A DNA stretch of 64,000 bases. Source: the human T2T-CHM13v2.0 reference genome, Homo sapiens. The stretch is taken from the NCBI RefSeq assembly GCF_009914755.1, contig NC_060928.1; one strand, written 5' to 3'. Positions within the stretch are counted from its first letter, which is position 1. Every line of letters begins with the position of its first letter. Shown in pieces: positions 39,720 to 49,980 of the stretch. The notes below the pieces were generated by a model that saw nothing but the letters and a program-made list of their open reading frames with translations, searched no databases and had not been told where the DNA came from. A program made the position numbers and the translations under genes.

Positions 39720-40095
39720 AGCTTTCTGGATAGAGCACAGCAGATAAGTATCATAAAAACTTTTCTCAGTGTCTTTATGTAGTAGAACAAAATGTTAAAA
39801 CTGTATTCAGCCTATATCAACAAAATTTTGCACTCTCTATCGTGAACCTGAAATTTCTCTTTGAAATCAGTGAAACGTGAAACCAGGGTGTGCTCAGGAA
39901 AAGAAAGTTACTTCATATTTTTTCATGGGTTTTCCTGATAATAATTGCCTGTGCTTTCCCAGGCTTTCCCAGGAAGTCCCTTCAGCACTTCCATAGAGCC
40001 ATCCCACTAGAGGTCACAGATCACAAAAACCCTACAGAAACAGGAAACCGAACTTCCTGAGTACGCTACAAAACACAGAAACCTGTTTCCTCTAC
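39720..40095 (+). promoter_or_regulatory. MMRN1: MMRN1 proximal promoter / 5'UTR with ETS and GATA motifs
   Basis: AGATAA (39742-39747), TTCCTGATAA (39932-39941), CAGGAAGT (39970-39977), AAACAGGAAA (40038-40047), ACTTCCTG (40052-40059). This fits the known megakaryocyte and endothelial expression. Confidence 0.6.
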
Positions 40096-40213
40096 ACATC
40101 TCAAACTGGCAAAGCTCAGTCTTAGCAGATTCAGTGTGGAAGCAGCTATCAAAAAGGCCATAAGGATTTTGTCCCCAAATTTCACATGAGCTACCTTGCT
40201 TCAAACTACTGAG

Positions 40214-40836
40214 ATGAAGGGGGCAAGATTATTTGTCCTTCTTTCTAGTTTATGGAGTGGGGGCATTGGGCTTAACAACAGTAAGCATTCTTGGACTATA
40301 CCTGAGGATGGGAACTCTCAGAAGACTATGCCTTCTGCTTCAGTTCCTCCAAATAAAATACAAAGTTTGCAAATACTGCCAACCGCTCGGGTCATGTCGG
40401 CGGAGATAGCTACAACTCCAGAGGCAAGAACTTCTGAAGACAGTCTTCTTAAATCAACACTGCCTCCCTCAGAAACAAGTGCACCTGCTGAGGGTGTGAG
40501 AAATCAAACTCTCACATCCACAGAGAAAGCAGAAGGAGTGGTCAAGTTACAGAATCTTACCCTCCCAACCAACGCTAGCATCAAGTTCAATCCTGGAGCA
40601 GAATCAGTGGTCCTTTCCAATTCTACACTGAAATTTCTTCAGAGCTTTGCCAGAAAGTCAAATGAACAAGCAACTTCTCTAAACACAGTTGGAGGCACTG
40701 GAGGCATTGGAGGCGTTGGAGGCACTGGAGGCGTGGGAAATCGAGCCCCACGGGAAACATACCTCAGCCGGGGTGACAGCAGTTCCAGCCAAAGAACTGA
40801 CTACCAAAAATCAAATTTCGAAACAACTAGAGGAAA
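40214..40836 (+). CDS. MMRN1: Multimerin-1, first coding exon (signal peptide, Ser/Thr-rich N-terminus, RGDS)
   Basis: MKGARLFVLLSSLWSGGIGLNNSKHSW...SRGDSSSSQRTDYQKSNFETTRG matches human multimerin-1. 623 coding nt, donor AA|GTAAGA, phase 2; RGDS at 40769-40780. Confidence 0.97.
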
Positions 40837-41289
40837 GTAAGAAATCTTCTTTTCTTTTTGTTCTTTCTCTGTCTATCAGGTCTAGAAGATTGCAAGTGAA
40901 ATTTACCTCACTCCCAGAAAATTATTTCAAATTCAAGATGAAATTGGATCATATTTATAATTTCACCATTTCAGTTAGATAAAGTTATTGTTAATTTATC
41001 TAATAGGGAAAAATGAAGAAATAAAATGCAGCAATTTTGTTTTAACTGAAATAATCATTCACTTTTCTACTCACTTATAGAGGTAGTTTTACTTAGAATA
41101 GTCATTGCCAAGCAAACTAGCACCACGGTGGCTGTTAGTTTAATTCAAGGATATGTTGATTGTGTTCCCAACCATATTCACAATATGAAAGACAAAAATA
41201 AACAAATAAATAAAATTGGGGCTTGAACAGATGTGAAAATTGGAATAGCAGTATTATAAAAAGTAACAGTTGTCAAAGATCGAAACAAG

Positions 41290-41510
41290 CACACCAGGGG
41301 TGCAATCCTGGCTTCAGTATGGTCTAGTTCCATGATTTTGAGCAACTCAGTTGATGTCTGTGAACCTCAGTTTCTTCATATGGAAACTACAGATTTAATA
41401 CAAGGAATGTCAATAAAAATAAAACTTTGCAGGGTTCTCGTTCAGATAAAAATGAATGAAAAGTGCTTAGATGCATGCTCCTCACAGAATAGGTGCTCAA
41501 CAACTCAAAT
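41290..41510 (+). mobile_element. MIR SINE
   Basis: aatcctggcttc...ttgagcaactcagttgatgtctgtgaacctcagttttcttcat...aaagtgcttag...taggtgctcaa. Confidence 0.75.
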
Positions 41511-42453
41511 TTTGCTAGTACCATGATTATTTTGAGTTGTGTTGCCATCATGAATATGATGAATCAGAAAACTTATTTTTCAAATTAATTTTAATTTAAA
41601 GTTAGAGCAATTTGAGTGGTTGAAATAAAATAAAACAAATTTAAAGGAGTGTTGTTAAAGAGGGTTTTCAAAAGAAGTGATAGTCAAATCAAAATAAACA
41701 AAGAAAAAATATCTGGGTGGGTCAATATTTTATTCATTTAATGCTCAGAGTCATCTGTATGTTTGGAATACTAGAAGTTTAGTATTGCAAAACTAAACTT
41801 ACAAATAGTTTTTACATGTAATAATACAAAGTCAAGACACCAGACATGTCTTGGGAGCAAAATGGGGTTAAATATCTTACTAATAATAAAATAAAATCCA
41901 AGTTAAAAATAGAAGTTGACACACCTGCTATGTGAAAGGCATTTAGTTAAAGCTGTTGCTGATATAAAGGTGAGAAGAAGAGAGACACTGGTAAGAATTC
42001 TAGCCAATGAATTTACTTATTTCTGTATTATTTATTATTCAAGTCTATTTTTCACTATATTTCAAAAGTTATAGAATTTTTCGAAATATATAAGTAAATC
42101 TGATTGTAACTAAAAAAGTATTCACTTGGTGGACTTTGGAACAATCCCAGCTTACTGTAAAACAAATAGTACAGATTACAATATGTTCACTTTGGGACAA
42201 GTAGATTTGCCATTAAAAAAACATTTAACAGACATGCATTAATCTTTCTCACTTTGGGGGACAACAGGATTTTATCTATTAAATAATCAGAAATGTCATT
42301 TATTGAGAGCTTTTTCTAAATCACTTGAATGCATCATTTCTGTTAATCATATTTTATTAGAGGCTGTAATTAAATTTTTAAAAACTAATTACAGTAAAAC
42401 CCTTGGACATTCATGGGAAACGATTGTGAGCTTTTCAGAGATGCTATAGCTAA

Positions 42454-42751
<298 letters not shown>

Positions 42752-43439
42752 AGAATTTTTTAATAGAAAGGGAAATATAATAAACAGAAAAAAGAGACAA
42801 TTCAAGTTAAAATAGCATTTAAATTTTACATACCATATAGAAAGTGGCATACAGTTGTGTCATAATTAGAACTAGTAACTAATAGTTTGATAAATACTAG
42901 TTTTTAAATAAATGCTAGTTGTGTTATCCAAGGTCCTTGCTTTCAAATGTTGGGAACAATTTGATGAATATTTATAATTTGCCCATCATGTGCTAGCACT
43001 GTGCTAGGCTTTGGGTTACACAGAATTTAAAAAAATAATAATAATTCCTCTGTCTAAGGAATATTCCCTATAAAAAGTAAACACTAACATACCTATCAGA
43101 CTTCAAAAAATGTTAATATGTGCTATGAGAAAACAAGATACTAAAGGTATAACTTGCTGAACAGAACTTTATCCTCTGGATTTTCCAACAAAAATAATCT
43201 TAAACTCCTTCTATAGAAAAGTACTAACTGCATGTAGGGATTCTCTCATTTGAGGTCCTGGAGAGCCTGAGGTTTTCTTTTAGTAATCCTTTCCATTACC
43301 AAGATTCCTTACTCATTAGGCCATGCAAATGACAATGGCATTAGAGAAAAGCCTAGGTCCTTCACTTTTGGACACAGTGCTGCTGCAAACCCTTGATATG
43401 GTCAAAAGAAGTCCTTCGTACTTTCATTTGATTGGCAAA

Positions 43440-43690
43440 TAATAATAATAATAGTAGCAAACACTTATATGGCATCTGTTACTAGTACTCTACTATTGTC
43501 AGTGAATATATTCACTCATTTAATCATTACTATAACTCCATAAAGAAGAGGAAGATTTTTATCATTATTTCTTTACAGAGGGATTAAGTAGCTTACCTAA
43601 GGTCACTTGGCTAACAAAGCTCAGGGCAAAGACTCAAATCCAAGCTGGCTGGCTTTAGAGTTGTAGCTCTCAGCTCCTACATTACACTCC
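43440..43690 (-). mobile_element. MIR SINE
   Basis: aataatagtagcaaacacttat...ctcatttaatc...tttacagag...ttaagtagcttacctaaggtcac. Confidence 0.75.
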
Positions 43691-43719
43691 CTTGGCAGGT
43701 ACAGTCTCTTATCACAAGT

Positions 43720-46360
43720 GGGAAGATAAGCGTGACCAGTTCACTTCCCAGCTCGTGAGGCTTCACAGGCTATTGGTTGCCTCCAGAATACAATCTAGAT
43801 TTGTTACCCAGTTAGTCACACGATGCCATCCTAGATCTGCCTCCTGCCTACCTCCCCAACCTCATCTTCCGCCACTTCCGGCTATTCAAATAAGTGGTTC
43901 TCTGGTACAATATGTGCTGTTTGTTAAACCCACCTTTCTTCCCTGTCTGCCCCTGTGACTAACAATGGGCCCTCTTTTGCCATCGTTCTCTCTTTTCACA
44001 CCTAATAATAACTCCAGGAAGCCTTCTCAGGTGAAGTTAGGTGGCCTTTCTAACCGCTCCTACAGGTCTCTTTGAATTCCCCTGTTCACTGCACTTACGA
44101 CACTACATAATAATCATAATGAATTTGTAGTATCTTTGCATATAGGGACTTATTTTCAGAGCTAGCAAAGTCTCTGGTTTATAGCAGGTACACAATCAAT
44201 ATTTAATCATACTGAATGTGAAATATGAGGATTAATATGTGAATATAAAGAAGAAAGCTTCCCAAATATTTGCATTTGTTTATGAAAAAAACCTGGTTGA
44301 TTTAGAATAAACTCATATTTGTTCTTTTTTCTACCATTCTTGGAATTTTATAATAATTCTTAGTAAAAGGCGTATTTATGTTTATTACAGGTTCTTTTCA
44401 AGATTATTCAGGATTATTCTGGCATATTTTTGTTTCATCTTGTAGTTTTTCTTCTTTTTTTTTTTAGCCTTGCAGGAACTCCTGGCCAAAATAGACCTAT
44501 GGTTTCCTGTCTGGCAGAGTGGGTGTTAGTCAATGACCAAGCACTTTGAAATAGGAAGGATGGAAATAAGAAATTAGGATTAGTGTATTTATATGTTGAA
44601 CAAATATTTGCTGAACACCTTATCTGTCCCAAGCACTGTGCTTGTGCTGGGAGTAAAACAATGAACAAGAACTCCTACATGTCCTGCCTTATGGAACCAA
44701 CAGCCCAGTGGCAGAGGTGAGAGGAGGAATAACAGTGAATCACAAATGCTGATTCTGAATGAAGCTTAAGAAATTGTAGTGTATAATGGGGGGAATGGCC
44801 TACCAATTGTGAATGGGGTCAGTAAACCTTGCCTGAGAGGATAATAGGTGAAATGAGGTAATGATACAATCTAACTGCCTACTTAGCTTTTCCCACAATT
44901 CCCAACCCCTGTACACATGTATCTTAATTTTTACCAAATCAGTGAATGGCTAGTTCCATAACTAGAAACCTTGGATAGATCTTTGGCATTTTTCTCTCCC
45001 TTCTGGTTTTTATCTAATCTATCAAAAAGTCTTGTTACACCTCTAATACATCCCAAATACCTCAACTTCTCTCCATCTTCTACTTGCCGTTATTCACCAC
45101 TAGTGTTCTAATTGGTCCACTTCTTTCCACTCTTGTCTACCATAATCCATGATCCACAAAAGGGAGGGATCTTTTGAACATTTAAGTCAGATTAATGCAT
45201 TTCACTGGATTAAGTCTTCATTATTGTAAGTGACACATTATTTTAGGTACTAATCAGAAGGAAAAGTATGACATCATACTTGCTTAATTTGAATTTTTAG
45301 ATTTGTCTTTCAGACTTTGAGATTTTGGTCACATATCACTTTTGCAAACTTAAGAAGGAAATGTAAATGAAACTGGTAAAGTATTTCGAAGGCAATGGCA
45401 ACAACTGCTATCTGACCACTAGTGACTGAAAAATGCCTTTGATTTCAAGACACATTCTTGATTTCAGAGATGTGTGTCTTAAAATGTGTGAAATTTGGTC
45501 TTTCATTCATTGTCACACTCCAAGATCACTGCACTTCATTTCCTCCAGCCACACTGGCTTCCTTTCTGTTTATTGAACATGTCAAGTTAATATCTCAAAG
45601 GAAACTTTTTTTGCTCTTGCTGGAATGCTCTTTCTGCACCTTTTATAATGAAGGACTCCTCTTCCACTTGCACCTCCAGCTTTAATGTCACCTCTTCAAA
45701 GGGACCTTCTCTTACCACCCAATGTAAAGTTAACTATGCTCTCACTTGCCATTCCTTATTTTGTCACCTTTATTTTTTTCTTTGTAGGAATTATTTGAAA
45801 TTATTCTACTTATATAGACAATGGTGTATTTTATGTCTTTCCGCAATACATCCCATGAAAACAGGGACCTTGCCTGTCTTATTACTACTCTATTTGCTGC
45901 CTAGAACAGTGCCAGGTGCATAGAAAGAGCTCAATAAAACTCTGTAAAATCATGGATTATTAGATGGGTTTGGCATCCAGAGGGGAGATCAAGGCTAGAG
46001 ATATAAATTTGGCAAAGCATTGGTATATAGAAATGTATTAAGTCATGAATGTGGATGATACTGAAAGAAAGAAGGACCTTGAATTATGAACGGAGAATCT
46101 CTAATATTTGATGAACTGATAGTGGTGGATGCCAACAATACAGCCTTAAATGGGGTGACCAGAGAAGTTAGGAAGGAATCTATAAAAGTGTGGTGTCATA
46201 GAGCAAAGGAAGAAAATATTTTAAGAAGGAGGTAAGTGATCAACAGTGTGAAATGCTGCTGAAAAAGACAAAATGAGGACTGAAAAATAGCCACTATTTC
46301 AGTTTAGTGAGCACCATGCTCTGGCCTGAGAGAATTGAGGTATGAAGGAAGGCAAAAGAG
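43720..46360. mobile_element. Cluster of L2 LINE fragments on both strands
   Basis: L2 3' ends cctagaacagtgccaggtgcatagaaagagctcaataaa (+, ~45900-45938) and aacaaatatttgctgaacacc (-, ~44600), plus internal L2 phrases. Confidence 0.65.
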
Positions 46361-46581
46361 AGCCATTAAAGCCAACTCAATTAAGGAGGGCTTTTATGAA
46401 AAAAAAAAAAAAAAAAGGAGAAAGTGGTCAGAAGCCAAGGCTAGTCCAGTTATTTATGTTTTGTGTTTGTTTCTTATAATATTTCATTTTAAATACAGAG
46501 GGCTCATACATATGTTAACATGTTAATGAGAAGGGTCAGAGGAAGGTAAAATTTGAATATGCAGAAAAAGAGGGATTTTTT

Positions 46582-46682
46582 TTCTGAGTTTAATGACAAA
46601 TTAGAAAATTAGAAATTATTATTTCTGAGTTTAATGACAAATTAGAAAATTATTCTGAGTTTAATGACAAATTAGAAAATTA
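46582..46682. repeat. 30-bp tandem repeat, three identical copies
   Basis: ttctgagtttaatgacaaattagaaaatta at 46582-46611, 46623-46652 and 46653-46682. Confidence 0.95.
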
Positions 46683-47381
46683 CAAAAATTAACCATTAAA
46701 TTCTGCTGTCATACTTTTTTTCTGCTCATTTTTTGTGAATTATGAATAGGTTTTAGAAGTGAATTATCTGATCAGCTAAATTCTTGTGTTGTTTTCAAAG
46801 TTATTATTAGGCCTAATAACATCCAAAATGGGTTATTCTTACATGCTGTTAAATTCTAAAGAGAAACCATTATACTAAAGGGTATTTTCTTATATCTTTG
46901 TGAAATAGATGTCTCTATTACATTACTGCCAGTGAAATAAACACTACATAAAGTATATTCTCTATCAACTTTTACCCATTAATCACATTCTTTATTTCAT
47001 TACTTTGCTGTTTCTACTCTGTTACTATAAATATATATTGCATTTCATATGCTAGAATTTAATGAGTGCTTATATATTCCTAATAATTAAGTGGGAACTT
47101 TTTGTATTCGCACAACTTCTGCTTTTCTGAATATAAAACTATAATTTTAAATTTATTATTTGGGGGTAAATGCTAAGAGAGTCAGTTTACAGGAACTGGA
47201 TTAAGCATAGAATTCTGCATCACGGCATCCGTTAGCCTGCCTTTGTGGTCTGCACGCTGGGAAAGCCTGACACCTACTGGAATAGAAACAGTTTACAACG
47301 CCCGGAATATGCTCAAGTCACAGTTTTGCAAGGAAGGGGGAAACAAAAAATAAAATTAGGTAAAAATAAAACAAATTTATG

Positions 47382-47612
47382 TTCAATTCCCACAGGAAGG
47401 GGAATATCACACTCTGGGGACTGTGGTGGGGTAGGGGGAGGGGGGAGGGATAGCATTGGGAGATATATCTAATGCTAGATGACAAGTTAGTGGGTGCAGC
47501 GCACCAGCATGGCACATGTATACATATGTAACTAACCTGCACAATGTGCACATGTACCCTAAAACTTAAAGTATAATAAAAAAAATAAATAAATAAGTTA
47601 TAGAAGAGAAAA
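47382..47612 (+). mobile_element. Young, heavily 5'-truncated L1 (L1PA2/L1HS-like 3'UTR)
   Basis: caggaaggggaatatcacactctggggactgtggtgggg...gcacaatgtgcacatgtaccctaaaacttaaagtataata plus A tail; perfect 14-bp TSD aaaacaaatttatg (47368-47381, 47613-47626). Confidence 0.95.
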
Positions 47613-49504
47613 AAAACAAATTTATGGAAAAGGTTATATTAAAGGTTGACTTTAAGAATCATTACTTATAAAATATATATGTTATACATATTTAATTCGA
47701 TGTACCACTTTAAAAATATACTACTTTTCACTTTAAAATTGGAAAATAGGTTGGATCCAAACAGCAAACTCTATGTACATCCTGTGATGGCCATACATTC
47801 GGCTCGTTCTCATAAAACTTTACACTGACAATATTGTGTATAGACAGTAATTTGTGGCTGTGAGGCACTCTACAGTCATCTATCATTGAAAACTCAATTA
47901 CATTCACCACACTGTTCCCACTACAGAAAGCAAATAAAATTATGCCTGACAAAAATATTTTAATTGCAAAAGTTGGTACATAAAAAAGGGTTTCTTCTTA
48001 AAGTCTAAATTAACCATAAATCAAAGTATCTAAAATTCCCCATAATCTGAGCTTTGCATAATTGCTTTTCAAAAAATTATTTTAAATATCAATTTATTTA
48101 TATGATTCTTTTACAAAACTGATATTTTTATCTCAGTTTGAATACTATATAAAATTTTGTAAAAGGATTAAGCATAGGAAGATACACTACAATAAAAGAA
48201 CCACAAACATAAATTATTTTGTTGTTAGGAAATAAAACAATGATTTTCTTAAGGAAATAAATATTGAGATGAACTTGTCTTTTGGACTTTTAGCCAAAGC
48301 TAAATATCAAATGTCTAATGCTTTATTTAAATATAATTTACATATCAAGAATCTTTTCACTAAGTGTAAATTATTGCTTCCCATTTTTATTATCTTTTTT
48401 CATGTATATATTTCCCTTGAATTATTTTCTCATTTATGACTAGTGAACTACATGCAAATTATAGTCTTTCAAATTAATAATTTGATTAAAAACTTCTCTT
48501 TTTAGCTTGATTGGAAAAAATAAAGATTTTAATAAATAGATTCTATAACACTTTGGAAGTATTTATGTTCATGACTTCTTAAGACTGTAGAGACATTCTG
48601 AAAGTTTTTTTTTTTTTCCTGAGAGGCAAGCTTCATCTGAATTGAACATAAATGATGATGATGGTCTTCTGTATTGGCTTTATGGAAATTATTGACTTGA
48701 AACATACAAGCAATTATGGTTAAGATGAATTTATCAGGTCATTAAAGAAGCAAAACAGGAGCTGTGTTTCTTTGTATCTGAGGCAAAAAAATATTGAGGC
48801 CATATTATATATATCCTCTTCAAAAAAAATCCCGCTTAACTCTGAATCATTTAATTATTATAAGCAGTGATAGCAGCAAATATTTTACTTTTCTTAAAAC
48901 ATTTAGTCTCACGACAATCGTGTGAGGTAGATAATATTATTGTAGATGCTTCGTAGATGAGGTAGTCACTTTTGCCAGACAAAGTCATGGCTATAAATTG
49001 TGGAGTCAAGATCTAAAAGCAGGTAGCCTGGCTCCAGCGACGAACTATGTTATGGGAAATTTTTCAGGGAAATTTTTCTTTATTTTCTTTTGCTTATGCA
49101 GGTGTGCCCACTGCCCCCACCCCTCACCCTTGCCTAATTCAGGATTAGAAAAAAAAAAAAAAAAAACTCTAGGCACAGAAATACACTCTCTTCTTTATTC
49201 ACACCTATGTGTGCAGTTAAAAGGAGAATAAAAATCTTGTCCAGCAGGCAGAACTTCATCATCAGAAATGACCTTCTAATTCTGATCTACGAGGTGAAAA
49301 AAGCATGTATTGATGACAACTCTGATGTTGCCAGAAATGCCTCATTCCCCTCCTCCTCTCTTCTTTTCCCCTTTCCTGTTATTTTGTCCTATTTTTTCAT
49401 CCTTTGCTCTATTTCTTACTTTTTCTTCTTCAACTCTCTCTGATTTTGACAAGAGATATGCAAAATTATTATTTTTCACTTTGTGTGGCATTTTTTTCAG
49501 TATG

Positions 49505-49980
49505 TATGTATTTATTTATTTTTATTGTGGTAAAATATACATTAAAAAATTTACCATTCTATCCGTCTTTAAATGTACAGTTCTGTGGCTTTAAGTAGGT
49601 TCACATTGTTTTGCAGTCATCACTGCCATCTATTTCTGGAACGTTTTCATCTTCCCAAACTGAAGCTCTGTACCCATTAAATAATAACTTCCCATTGCAC
49701 CCTCCCTACCATCCCTAGCAATCACCATTCTATTTTCTGTCTCTATGAATTTAACCACTTAAGTACATCATATAAGTGAAACTGTACAATATTTGTCCTT
49801 TTGTGTCTTGTTTATTTCACTTAGCATAGTATTTTCAAGGTTCTTCCTTTTCAAAGGTTGAATAATACCCCATTTTGAGTGTGCGTGTGTGTCTGTGTGT
49901 GTTTGTGTGTGTGATTTTCTTTTTCCATTCATCTGTCAATGGACACTTGAGTTGCCTCTACCTTTCTGTTATTGTGATAC
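49505..49980 (-). mobile_element. L1MB-type 3' end with an internal (TG)n
   Basis: tttttattgtggtaaaatatac...tttaccatt...cccaaactgaagctctgtacccattaaa...tggacacttgagttg. Confidence 0.85.

Noticed and set aside
40196-40213. N-terminal extension MLQTTE in the ORF track
   Set aside because: The track starts at a TTG; the ATG at 40214 begins the recognised signal peptide.
40689-40982. 97-aa ORF with EALEAL repeats
   Set aside because: It is an alternative-frame reading of the Gly-Gly-X minisatellite with a non-ATG start, running into the intron.
43321-43338. Oct-Sox composite motif (atgcaaatgacaatgg)
   Set aside because: The half-site orientation is non-canonical, and single octamers are expected by chance in AT-rich DNA.
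46582-46682. CRISPR-like repeat array
   Set aside because: There is only one 11-bp spacer, derived from the unit; the other copies are adjacent. The context is a primate intron with no cas genes.
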